Shown: positions 26,654-35,181 of the stretch, in pieces | How positions within the stretch are numbered: the first letter of the stretch is position 1 | How the letters are laid out: each line of letters begins with the position of its first letter | Origin: Candidatus Dormiibacterota bacterium | GTDB lineage: Bacteria > Vulcanimicrobiota > Vulcanimicrobiia > Vulcanimicrobiales > SCRA01 | Assembly (NCBI GenBank): GCA_035533275.1 | Contig: DATLUD010000008.1 | Coordinates: 123,198-187,197, forward strand | Reading direction: 5' to 3' | Length of the DNA: 64,000 bases | Made by a program: the position numbers and the translations under genes | The notes under the pieces: generated by a model | The model's input: only the letters and a program-made list of their open reading frames with translations | What the model was told of the DNA's origin: nothing | The model's database searches: none

Positions 26654-27520
26654 CTAGCGCAAGCTGAGGATGTCGGCGAGATTGGCCTTGGGATCGAGCA
26701 CGGGCTCGATCTTCCCCTCGCCCGAGGTCATGAGCGACGAGACGCCTGGGCCGTGGCCGGCGACCGCGGAGGCGCCGTGGACCACGACGCCCACGGAGAT
26801 CGCGCCCGTCTTGTAGATGCGCCCATAGGAATGCTCGGCGTTCTGGATCGCCACGATGTCGCCCAGCCGGATGTCGGCGAGGCCGTACTCCTCGACGATG
26901 TCGCGGGAGAACATCTGAATGTCGTAATCGCCGCGGTAGACGTTGTCGCGGCCGATGCCGCTGCCCATGACCGCCGCCGGCACGATCTTGGCCACGCGCA
27001 CCCGCAGGCGATCGCCGGCCATCTCGCAGCCAAGCGCGTCGAAGAGGTCGGGGTCCAGGTTGAAGAGACGCACCGCGGGAGCGTCCGGCAGCGCGAGGCC
27101 CTGACCCACGCTGCGCACCGCGATCTTGTCCCCGACGGCGAGCTTCTCGAGCACGTCCTGGGGAAAGTCAATCATCACGTGCTCGATGCCGCCGTGCTTT
27201 CCGGTCACCACGCCGGTCGCGCCCTTGGCCTCACCGCTCATCACCGTGGCCCGGTTGCCCACGCACGAGAGCAGGCAGAAGCCGATGTTCTCCTTCTCGT
27301 CCTTCGCGCGCGCGCTCACCGCCGGCTCCACATGATCGGCTACCCAGCCGAGCGCCGGGTCGCCGACGCGGACGTTGAGGTTGATGCTTCCCATGCCGGG
27401 CACGATCACCGCACGGCCGTCGGCGGTAATGTCGTATGGGTTGGGGCCGAAGGCGGCAGGGGCGACCTCCCCGCTCACGGCGACGGTCAGCAGACGGTCT
27501 CGGTTCGTGCGCAAACCCAT
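26654..27520 (-). CDS. DUF4438 family protein (288 aa)
   Basis: Inner ATG (MGLRTNRDRLL) of ORF 26654..27790. The upstream extension is antisense to queD. The pattern TN..LL..V.G...P...PY.I..DG...PG.G.I..NVRVGD...W..DHVEP matches my recollection of DUF4438. Confidence 0.7.
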   Translation of the reverse strand: MGLRTNRDRLLTVAVSGEVAPAAFGPNPYDITADGRAVIVPGMGSINLNVRVGDPALGWVADHVEPAVSARAKDEKENIGFCLLSCVGNRATVMSGEAKGATGVVTGKHGGIEHVMIDFPQDVLEKLAVGDKIAVRSVGQGLALPDAPAVRLFNLDPDLFDALGCEMAGDRLRVRVAKIVPAAVMGSGIGRDNVYRGDYDIQMFSRDIVEEYGLADIRLGDIVAIQNAEHSYGRIYKTGAISVGVVVHGASAVAGHGPGVSSLMTSGEGKIEPVLDPKANLADILSLR

Positions 27521-27580
27521 GCAACGGCCCTTTCCAGGCAAGGAAGCCCCACATCGGGGCGGAACGCTCCGAGCGGTACG

Positions 27581-27934
27581 ATGAAGATTGGAACTCTCTT
27601 TGGCTTCGAGGCGGCCCACATTCTCCCCCACCACGGCGGAAAGTGTAGTCGGCCGCACGGTCACTCCTACCGCCTGGAAGTCGTGGTAGAAGGGCCGCTC
27701 CAGCACGATGGCCCCGCCACGGGCATGGTGATGGACTTCGGCGACGTCAAGGCCGTGGTGCGGCGACTGGTGATCGAGACGCTGGACCACAACGACCTCA
27801 ACGCGGTCATCCCCAATCCCACGGCCGAGGAGATCGTCACGTGGATCTGGGGGCGCCTCGAACCGGAGTTGCCCAACCTGCGTCGCCTCGTCCTCTGGGA
27901 AACGGCCTCGGCGTACGCCGCGCTGGAGCGATGA
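27581..27934 (+). CDS. queD: 6-carboxy-5,6,7,8-tetrahydropterin synthase (PTPS/QueD family)
   Basis: C-terminal 117 aa of ORF 26753..27934, starting MKIGTLFGFEAAHILP. Contains CSRPHGHSYRLEV (Cys plus zinc-binding His). Confidence 0.9.
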   Translation: MKIGTLFGFEAAHILPHHGGKCSRPHGHSYRLEVVVEGPLQHDGPATGMVMDFGDVKAVVRRLVIETLDHNDLNAVIPNPTAEEIVTWIWGRLEPELPNLRRLVLWETASAYAALER

Positions 27935-28506
27935 GGCTCAACGAGATCTTCTACACCCTCCAGGGCGAGGGGCTCTGGACGGGAACCCCGGCCGTCTTCG
28001 TGCGCACGGCGGGCTGCAATCTCTCGTGCCGCTTCTGCGACACGGATTACAGCTACCGCTTCGACGCCGCCGTCGACGAGGTGATCGCGCAGATCGAGGA
28101 GGTTGGGCGCGGGTGCCGCTTCGTGGTGCTCACCGGCGGCGAGCCGCTGCTGCAGCGCGAGAGCGAGACGCTCATCGCGCGCTTGGTCGAGCGAGGCTAC
28201 GAGGTGCACGTGGAGTCGAACGGCACCACCTTCGTACGCCTGCCCGACCCCGTCTGGCTCACGGTCTCGCCCAAGGAGCGCCTCGATCCTCGCATGGCGG
28301 CGCGCGCGAACGAGGCGAAGCTGATCGTCGACGGGCGCGTTCCCGAGGAGTGGCTCGCGGCGCCGTGGGCGAGCGACGCCGTGATCTGGCTGCAGCCGGA
28401 GGGCAACAAGCCCGCCAACGTGACGCTGGCCGTGGAGGCGGCGCTAGCGCACCCCGGCCGCTACCGGCTCTCGATGCAGACGCACAAGGTCATCGGCATC
28501 CGGTGA
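27931..28506 (+). CDS. queE: 7-carboxy-7-deazaguanine synthase (radical SAM), short form
   Basis: Inner ATG (MRLNEIFYTLQGEG) of ORF 27841..28506. ATGA overlap with queD. Radical SAM CNLSCRFCDT and LTGGEPL motifs. Confidence 0.9.
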   Translation: MRLNEIFYTLQGEGLWTGTPAVFVRTAGCNLSCRFCDTDYSYRFDAAVDEVIAQIEEVGRGCRFVVLTGGEPLLQRESETLIARLVERGYEVHVESNGTTFVRLPDPVWLTVSPKERLDPRMAARANEAKLIVDGRVPEEWLAAPWASDAVIWLQPEGNKPANVTLAVEAALAHPGRYRLSMQTHKVIGIR

Positions 28507-29735
28507 GACGCCGCCGCTTCCTCTCGGCGCTGGCCGCCGGCGCGGTCGCGGGGGCGCTGGGCTCCGCCGGTGCCGCGCACGGCGCGCTTCCGCCGGCGAA
28601 GGTGAGGCTGGGCGACGAGGTCTTTCTCGCGCGCGAGATCCCCGCGCTGCGCGGGCGCTGCGTCGGCATCGTCACCAATCCCACGGGCGTCACCTCGCGT
28701 CTCGTCTCCATCGTCGACGCCGTCCACGCCGACCCGAAGATCTGCCTGCGCGCGCTCTACGCCCCCGAGCACGGTCTGCGCGGCGCCCAGGCGGCGGGGG
28801 CAACCGTGGCATCGACCACCGACCCCGTCACGGGCCTGCCGGTGTACTCGCTCTACGGCGTGCAGAAGCGCCCGACCGCGCAGATGCTCGCCGACGTCGA
28901 GGTTCTGCTCGTGGACCTTCAGGATGTGGGCGACCGCGACTACACCTACGTTTCCACGCTCGCCTCTGTGATGGAGTCGGCGAAGGAGCATGGGCGCGAG
29001 GTGTGGGTGCTCGACCGGCCCAATCCCATCGGCGGCACGATGGTGGAGGGGCCGGTCCTCGACCCGCGCTACCGCTCGTTCATCAGCCTCTACCCCGTAC
29101 CGTTGCGCCACGGCATGACGATCGGCGAGCTGGCCCGGATGATGAACGATCACTTCGGCATCGGCTGCTCGTTGCGCGTGATCGCGATGGACGGCTGGCG
29201 CCGCGCCATGATCTGGCCCGACACGGGGCTCCAGTGGGTGCAGACCTCGCCGCAGATTCCCACCTGGGAGACCTGCTTTCCGTTCCTGGCCACCGGCCTG
29301 CTCGACTCGCTGGGCGTCTTCAACGGCGTGGGCACCAGCAAGCCGTTCTTCCTGGCGGGACTGCCGGGCGTGGCGCCGGAGCACCTCGCCGCCGCGCTCA
29401 ACGCGCGCGGCCTCCCGGGCGTCTGGTTCCGGCCAGGCTCGTGGCGGCCGTTCTACGGCGGCTTCGCGCACCGCACCGTCCCCGGCGTCGAGCTCCAGAT
29501 CTATGACTACCGCGCGTTCCGCGGCGTTCCCACGGCGGTGGAGATCGCGGCAGCGCTGCGCGGCCTGGCTCCGCGCGATCTGCGCTACGGACGGGGCCTC
29601 GACCGCGACTGGGGGACCGACACCTTTCGTCTGGCCCTAGCCGCCGGCACATCCGCCGCCGAGATCCTCGGTCAGTGGACGGCGCAAACCGCATCCTTCC
29701 GCGTCGCCGCGGCGCCCTATCTGCTCTACCGCTAG
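28503..29735 (+). CDS. DUF1343 family protein (NamZ-like exo-beta-N-acetylmuramidase family) with Tat signal
   Basis: Same frame as ORF 28026..29735. GTG at 28503 overlaps the queE stop (GTGA). N-terminus VRRRRFLSALAAGAVAGALGSAGAAHG. GIVTNPTGV and DLQDVG motifs typical of DUF1343. Confidence 0.8.
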   Translation: MRRRRFLSALAAGAVAGALGSAGAAHGALPPAKVRLGDEVFLAREIPALRGRCVGIVTNPTGVTSRLVSIVDAVHADPKICLRALYAPEHGLRGAQAAGATVASTTDPVTGLPVYSLYGVQKRPTAQMLADVEVLLVDLQDVGDRDYTYVSTLASVMESAKEHGREVWVLDRPNPIGGTMVEGPVLDPRYRSFISLYPVPLRHGMTIGELARMMNDHFGIGCSLRVIAMDGWRRAMIWPDTGLQWVQTSPQIPTWETCFPFLATGLLDSLGVFNGVGTSKPFFLAGLPGVAPEHLAAALNARGLPGVWFRPGSWRPFYGGFAHRTVPGVELQIYDYRAFRGVPTAVEIAAALRGLAPRDLRYGRGLDRDWGTDTFRLALAAGTSAAEILGQWTAQTASFRVAAAPYLLYR

Positions 29736-30700
29736 GCCGGCGCCTGCGCGGGGCTCGCGTCCGTCGAGGGCCCCAGCAGCGTCGAGAGGTGGTCGGCGGC
29801 GCCGAGCCACTCGACAAACGCCCCGGTCGCGGCGCTCGTCTCGCCGAGGGACGTTGCCACGATCACCTCACGCCGCAAGTCGACGCCGGAGACGGGGCGC
29901 GCGACCACGCGGGCCCAGCGCGCGGCGCGCTCGGCCACGAGCCGCGGCAGGAACGAGCAGCCCAGACCCGCCTCCACGCACGCCGCCACCGCCTCGCTGC
30001 TGCCGAGCTGGTGGACGACGTCGAGATCGTCGAAGCGGTCGCCCAAGCGCTCGCGGAGGAGCCCCTGGATGCTCGACCCCGCGCCGTGCAGCACCAGGGG
30101 CGTGACCGCCATCTGATCGAGGGTGACGCTCTCCCCGGCGGCCAGGGGATGGTCGGCGGCCACCAGCGCCACCAGCTCGTCCCCGGCGATGCGCCGCGTC
30201 ACGCTCTGCTCCACCTCGAACGGCCGCGCCGTCAGCGCCGCGTCCACCTCCTTGCGGGCGATCTGCTCCTGGACTTCTTGGCAGCCGCTCAAGGAGACGT
30301 CGAGCCGGATGTCTGGGCGCACCTGCGCGAAGCCGGCGACCACCGGCGCCAGCACGAGCTCGGCCACGATGCGCGTGCAGCTCAGCGTCATGCGGGCGGT
30401 CTGCCGGTCGGCGAGATCGGAGACGCGGCGCTCCAGCCGCTCCACGATCCCCAGGACCTCGCTCGCCGACTCGTAGAGCTCGCGCCCCGCCGCGGTGGGC
30501 TCCCAGCGGCCGCGGACCCGCTCCAGCAGCGGCAAGCCGACGGTCGTCCCCAGTGCGGTCAACTGCATGGAGACGGCCGACTGACTGAGGAAGAGGGAGC
30601 GCGCCGCGGCCGTGATGTTCCCGACGTCCACCACGCGCACGAACGTGCGCAGAAGCGTGAGGTTGAGGTTCGCGGAGAGACCGCGGAGCGCGCTTCGCAT
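29732..30700 (-). CDS. LysR family transcriptional regulator
   Basis: Inner ATG (MRSALRGLSANLNLTLLRTFVRVVDVGNITAAARSL) of ORF 29732..30853. HTH_1 plus LysR substrate-binding domain. Divergent from the glcD-like gene. Confidence 0.85.
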   Translation of the reverse strand: MRSALRGLSANLNLTLLRTFVRVVDVGNITAAARSLFLSQSAVSMQLTALGTTVGLPLLERVRGRWEPTAAGRELYESASEVLGIVERLERRVSDLADRQTARMTLSCTRIVAELVLAPVVAGFAQVRPDIRLDVSLSGCQEVQEQIARKEVDAALTARPFEVEQSVTRRIAGDELVALVAADHPLAAGESVTLDQMAVTPLVLHGAGSSIQGLLRERLGDRFDDLDVVHQLGSSEAVAACVEAGLGCSFLPRLVAERAARWARVVARPVSGVDLRREVIVATSLGETSAATGAFVEWLGAADHLSTLLGPSTDASPAQAPA

Positions 30701-30797
30701 GGCGCAGACTATTCGCGCGGAGGGGGAGGCGCTCCGCCTGCGAAATGCGCTTACGAGCGATTGCGTCTCGCGCAATCGCGCTCCCGGAGGGATTTCA

Positions 30798-32258
30798 ATG
30801 GAAAAGGGCTCCCGCGAGCGGAGTGAAACGGAGCGAGTGGGAAAGGATCTCATCAGGGACCTGGTCGAGGCTCTCGGTCCGGAGTCGGTGCGCCATGCGC
30901 CCGAGGACCTGCGAGTCTACGCATACGACGGCTACCGCTTGGGGGACGTGCTTCCCTCGGCCGCCGTCCTGCCCACCGACGCGAAGGAGGCGGCGCGTGC
31001 CGTGCGCATCTGCCGCGACCACGGCGTTCCGATCGTGGCGCGCGGCTCGGGCACCGGTCTCTGCGGTGCCGCCGTGCCCGAAGACGGCGGGGTCGTCTTC
31101 TCCTTCGCGCGCATGAACCGGGTGCTGGAGATCGACCAGCGCCGCCGCCGGGCGCGCGTGCAGCCCGGCCTCATCAACGCGCGGCTCTCCGAGGCGACCA
31201 AACCGAACGGGCTCTTCTACGCGCCCGATCCCTCCAGCCAGAAGATCTCGTCGATCGGCGGAAACGTGGGAACCAACGCCGGCGGACCGCATTGCCTCTC
31301 CTACGGAGTGACCACCAACAACGTGCTGGGACTGGAGTTCGTGACCAACGACGGCGAGGTGCTGCGCTGCCGGCAGGACGACGCCGGGTACGATCTCACG
31401 GGCATCCTGGTCGGCAGCGAGGGAACGCTGGCCATGGTCACCGAGATCGAGGTTCGCCTGCGCCACCTGCCCGAGGAGACGCGCGTATTCCTGGCCGTCT
31501 ACGACTCGATCGAGGCCGCCTGCGAGGCGGTGAGCGAGATCATCGGTCACGGCTTGGTGCCCACCGCGCTCGAGATGATGGACCGCGTGATGATCCGCGC
31601 CGTGGAGGAGGCCTTCCACGCCGGCTATCCGCAAGACGCGGCGGCCGTGCTGCTGGTGGAGGTGGCCGGGTCGCGCGAGGGCGCCGACGAGGCGGAGCAC
31701 GCCATCGCGCGCATCGCCAAGGGCGGCGGCGCGCTGACGTGGCGCACCGCGCGCACGCAGGCCGAGCGCGATGCGCTCTGGGCGGCGCGCAAGGGCGCCG
31801 CGGGCGCGATGGGGCGCCTCGCGCCGAACTACTACATCCAAGACGCCACGGTGCCGCGCACGCGCCTCCCCGATGCGCTGCGCGCCGTGGAGGAGGTAGC
31901 CGCCCACTACGGCATAACCGTCGCCAACGTCTTTCACGCGGGCGACGGCAACCTCCATCCGCTCCTGCCCTTCGACCGCCGCGACCCGCGGCAGGTCGAG
32001 GCGGTCGTGCGCGCGGGCACGGAGATCCTCAAGCGCTGCATCGACCTGGGCGGCACCATCTCCGGCGAGCACGGCATCGGCTACGAGAAGCGCGAAGCCC
32101 TGCCGCTGGTGTTCTCCACCGAGGACCTGGCGGCGATGGTGCGCCTGCGCGAGACCTTCGACCCGCGCACGCTCTTCAATCCCGGCAAGATCTTCCCGAG
32201 CGGGGCGTCCTGCGCCGAGGTCCGTCCCTCGCTGGCGCGCACGGGAGGGACGCCGTGA
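30798..32258 (+). CDS. FAD-linked oxidase, GlcD-like (second paralogue)
   Basis: Inner ATG (MEKGSRERS) of ORF 30612..32258 with GGAGGG 6 nt upstream. RGSGTGLCGAA, PDPSSQ and HAGDGNLHP motifs. Paralogous to 10186..11661. Confidence 0.85.
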   Translation: MEKGSRERSETERVGKDLIRDLVEALGPESVRHAPEDLRVYAYDGYRLGDVLPSAAVLPTDAKEAARAVRICRDHGVPIVARGSGTGLCGAAVPEDGGVVFSFARMNRVLEIDQRRRRARVQPGLINARLSEATKPNGLFYAPDPSSQKISSIGGNVGTNAGGPHCLSYGVTTNNVLGLEFVTNDGEVLRCRQDDAGYDLTGILVGSEGTLAMVTEIEVRLRHLPEETRVFLAVYDSIEAACEAVSEIIGHGLVPTALEMMDRVMIRAVEEAFHAGYPQDAAAVLLVEVAGSREGADEAEHAIARIAKGGGALTWRTARTQAERDALWAARKGAAGAMGRLAPNYYIQDATVPRTRLPDALRAVEEVAAHYGITVANVFHAGDGNLHPLLPFDRRDPRQVEAVVRAGTEILKRCIDLGGTISGEHGIGYEKREALPLVFSTEDLAAMVRLRETFDPRTLFNPGKIFPSGASCAEVRPSLARTGGTP

Positions 32259-33571
32259 TCGCCGGCGCGCTGGAAGCGCTGCGCGTCATCCCGGATCTCG
32301 ACTTCGTCGAGGGATCGCAGGCCGGCGTCTACCGCATCGGCGAGCAGCGCGCGCGCGTCGCCGTGCGTCCGCGGACGCACGAAGCGGCCGCAGCCGCGCT
32401 CCACGCCTGCGCTCAGAGCAACCTCAGCGTGGTTCCGTTCGGCGGCGGCACGGGACAGTCGCTCGGACACCCCCCGCACCGCATCGACGTCGTGCTCTCG
32501 CTGGAGCACCTGCGGGGCATCCACGCCTACGACCCACGCGATCTGACCATCTCCGTCGAAGCGGGAACGCCCGTCTGCGAGCTCGACGCCGCGCTCGCGC
32601 GCTCCGGCCAGCACCTTCCGCTGGACGCGCCGCTGACTCCGCGCGCCACGATCGGCGGCATACTCGCCTCCGGGCACTTCGGTTGGCGCGCTTCCGCCTA
32701 CGGCCGCCCGCGCGATCTGCTCATCGGCATGCGCGTCGCCCTCGCCGACGGCACCCTCGCCTCCTCGGGCGGCATGGTCGTCAAGAACGTGACCGGCTAC
32801 GATCTCGGCAAGCTCCACGCCGGAGCGCTGGGCACGCTCGGCGTGGTGCTGCGGGCGAACTTCAAGGTCTTCCCGTTCGCCCCGGTGCGCCGGTACGTCG
32901 CCGCGCCGCTGCCCGAGGGCACGCTCGCGGCCATCGTCGCGCGTCTGGACACCCTCGTCCTCCGCCCAACCGCCGCTGTCGTCGTGCGCGGCTGGGACGA
33001 CGATCTGCCGCGCGGAGAGACCGGTGACGCCGGACGCGTCGCCATCGTCTTGGAAGGCGCGGAAGGCGAGATCGACCGCGCCACGCGCGAGCTGCGCAGC
33101 GCGCTGGGTGCCGCCGGCATCCCCAGCGCCACCCTTCGCGACGGGACTCAGGCCGACGAAGCGCTCGCGCAGTTGAACGATCTCTGGCGCGCCGAGATCG
33201 GAGGGCGCTCCGCGGCCTACCGCATCCGCGGCGACGCGGAGCGCATCGAAGCCTGGGCAACCATGTGCACTGTGATCTCGGAGCGGGAGCAGGTCTCCGT
33301 GGACTTCGCGGCCGACGCCCTGGACGGCACCGTGCTGGTGCGCATCGCCGCCCCCTCGGGACACGCGCTGCGCGCCGCTCTCCCCGCGTGCGAGGAGGCC
33401 ATCCGCGCCGAGGACGCCGGTGCGCGCATCCTCCACGCGCCGGAGTGGGCGCGGCGCGAGTTCGCCGTGTGGGGTGTGGAGCCCGGCGCGCTCGGGCGCA
33501 TGCGCGAAATCAAGCGCGCCTACGATCCCGCAGGCGCGCTCAATCCCGGTCGATACGTCGGAAAGATCTAG
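32255..33571 (+). CDS. FAD-binding oxidoreductase, GlcE-like (second paralogue)
   Basis: Same frame as ORF 31292..33571. GTG at 32255 overlaps the upstream stop (GTGA). VKNVTGYDLGKL motif. Confidence 0.8.
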   Translation: MIAGALEALRVIPDLDFVEGSQAGVYRIGEQRARVAVRPRTHEAAAAALHACAQSNLSVVPFGGGTGQSLGHPPHRIDVVLSLEHLRGIHAYDPRDLTISVEAGTPVCELDAALARSGQHLPLDAPLTPRATIGGILASGHFGWRASAYGRPRDLLIGMRVALADGTLASSGGMVVKNVTGYDLGKLHAGALGTLGVVLRANFKVFPFAPVRRYVAAPLPEGTLAAIVARLDTLVLRPTAAVVVRGWDDDLPRGETGDAGRVAIVLEGAEGEIDRATRELRSALGAAGIPSATLRDGTQADEALAQLNDLWRAEIGGRSAAYRIRGDAERIEAWATMCTVISEREQVSVDFAADALDGTVLVRIAAPSGHALRAALPACEEAIRAEDAGARILHAPEWARREFAVWGVEPGALGRMREIKRAYDPAGALNPGRYVGKI

Positions 33572-33580
33572 GCGGAACGG

Positions 33581-33715
33581 CTAGCTGGGCAGCCACGCGA
33601 TGATGACCGCGAGCGCCGTCATCACGCAGATGATGCCGATGTAGATCTTGATCGTGTGGTTTGCGAACGTCTCGGGTTGCTGGGCCGCGTGAGCGGCGTG
33701 TTCCTGGTGCTCCAT
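33581..33715 (-). CDS. Unannotated 44-aa single-pass membrane micro-protein
   Basis: Below the ORF-track size cut-off. Reads MEHQEHAAHAAQQPETFANHTIKIYIGIICVMTALAVIIAWLPS*. 39 of 43 codons end in G/C. Lies 20 nt downstream of the MFS gene. Confidence 0.5.
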   Translation of the reverse strand: MEHQEHAAHAAQQPETFANHTIKIYIGIICVMTALAVIIAWLPS

Positions 33716-33735
33716 CGAAGCTCGCGCTTCGCGCC

Positions 33736-34965
33736 TCAGGGGAGCGCCCCCTGCCCCGGGGCCGGGGCGTTAGGGCGCCACCGGCCGACCATGCCGAAGC
33801 AAGCCGCAGCGGCAAACGGTATCAGGGCGACGCCGCGCAGCGTCCCCTCGGCGCCGATGCGCGCGACTTGCATGCCTAGCAGCGCCACCATCGCCGAGCC
33901 CACGCCGAAGGCGACGCCGTTCATCAACCCCAAGGCCATGCCGAGATTGCGCGGCATCAGCGCCTGCGTCAACGCGACGCCCGGAGCGTTCTGCACCGCC
34001 AACAGCACGGAGCCCACGAGCAGGCTCGCCAGCGCCGGCGCCGCCGGCAGCAGAAAGAATCCGGCCAGCGCCGGCACGGCGAGCGCGAGGCTCGCGAACG
34101 AGACGGCGCGGTGACCGAAGCGGTCGCCCAGAAAGCCCCCCGCGAAGAGGCCGAGGCTGCTCACCAGCAAGAACGCGGTCACCACTTCCCCGGCCCCCTC
34201 GAGCGACGCTCCGCGTCCCACCAGCACGTTGGGCAGATACGTCATGAACGCCGCCGTGGTCAGGTAGCGCAATCCCGTGCTGCCCACCAGCAGCGTGACG
34301 TCGAGCGCGTTGCCGTGCGAGGCGCTCGCGCGGCCGCGCTCCGTGCGCGTGGGCGTGTGATCGTGCGAGCGCTCGTGCACGCGCGGCATGGCCCAGAACA
34401 GCGCCGCGACCGCCGCGAAGCCGGGGATCGCGGCCAGCGCCGTCGCCGGGCCGCCGAAGCGCGTCAGCAACGCGGCCGCCACGGCGGGGCCGATGCCGTA
34501 TCCGACCTGACCACCGATCTGAAAGATCGAGATCGCGCTCCCGTGGCGGCGCGAGCCGACCTTCGCGGCGTACTTGCCGGCCTCCGGATGCATGATCGCC
34601 GAGCCGAGTCCGCCCACGGCGATCAAGGCCAGCAGCGAGGCATAGTCGTGCGTGAAGCCGATCGCTCCGACGGACGCCACCGTGAGCAGCACGCCCACGG
34701 GGAGGAACCACCAGCGGCCATGCGCATCGGAGTACCACCCGAAGAGCGGCTGGACGATCGACGACGTGAGGTACCAGGCAAATCCCGCGATGCCTTGGAG
34801 AAACGGCGAGAGATGCTGCTGACGGATCACGAGAAAGAAGATCAGCAGCGGGACCATCCCGCTGTAGAAATCGCTGGCCCCGTGGCCGAACGCGATGACG
34901 CCGATCGAGCGCAGGCTCCACGTCCCCTCGATCGCACCGGGTCTCGTCGTTGCTGCGCGCGCCAT
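33736..34965 (-). CDS. MFS transporter (Fsr/fosmidomycin-resistance-like, 12 TM)
   Basis: C-terminal 409 aa of ORF 33736..36645, starting MARAATTRPG; ATG at 34983 is an alternative. Hydrophobic throughout. The rest of the 969-aa ORF is antisense to the M28 gene. Confidence 0.85.
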   Translation of the reverse strand: MARAATTRPGAIEGTWSLRSIGVIAFGHGASDFYSGMVPLLIFFLVIRQQHLSPFLQGIAGFAWYLTSSIVQPLFGWYSDAHGRWWFLPVGVLLTVASVGAIGFTHDYASLLALIAVGGLGSAIMHPEAGKYAAKVGSRRHGSAISIFQIGGQVGYGIGPAVAAALLTRFGGPATALAAIPGFAAVAALFWAMPRVHERSHDHTPTRTERGRASASHGNALDVTLLVGSTGLRYLTTAAFMTYLPNVLVGRGASLEGAGEVVTAFLLVSSLGLFAGGFLGDRFGHRAVSFASLALAVPALAGFFLLPAAPALASLLVGSVLLAVQNAPGVALTQALMPRNLGMALGLMNGVAFGVGSAMVALLGMQVARIGAEGTLRGVALIPFAAAACFGMVGRWRPNAPAPGQGALP

Positions 34966-35181
34966 GGCATCTCTCTGTCGCATCGACCCCGCGAGTCCCT
35001 TCGCGCCGGCTCGCCTCATGGCAAACGCGTGGCGGTCACCAGCGCAAAGGGGACGTCCAACGTGATGCCGGCGATGAGCGGCGCGCCGAAATGAGCCGAC
35101 CACGTGCCGACCAAGACCTCCAAGTCGGCGAGCCGTTGGTCGAAAACCCAAGGAAGAGGCTCGTCCACGGAACGGAGGATC

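Noticed and set aside
27521-27580. preQ1 riboswitch upstream of queD
   Set aside because: The leader is only 60 nt. It lacks the conserved preQ1-I/II sequence features I know (a short hairpin followed by an A-rich tail with the CUA/ACUA core). No convincing structure is present.
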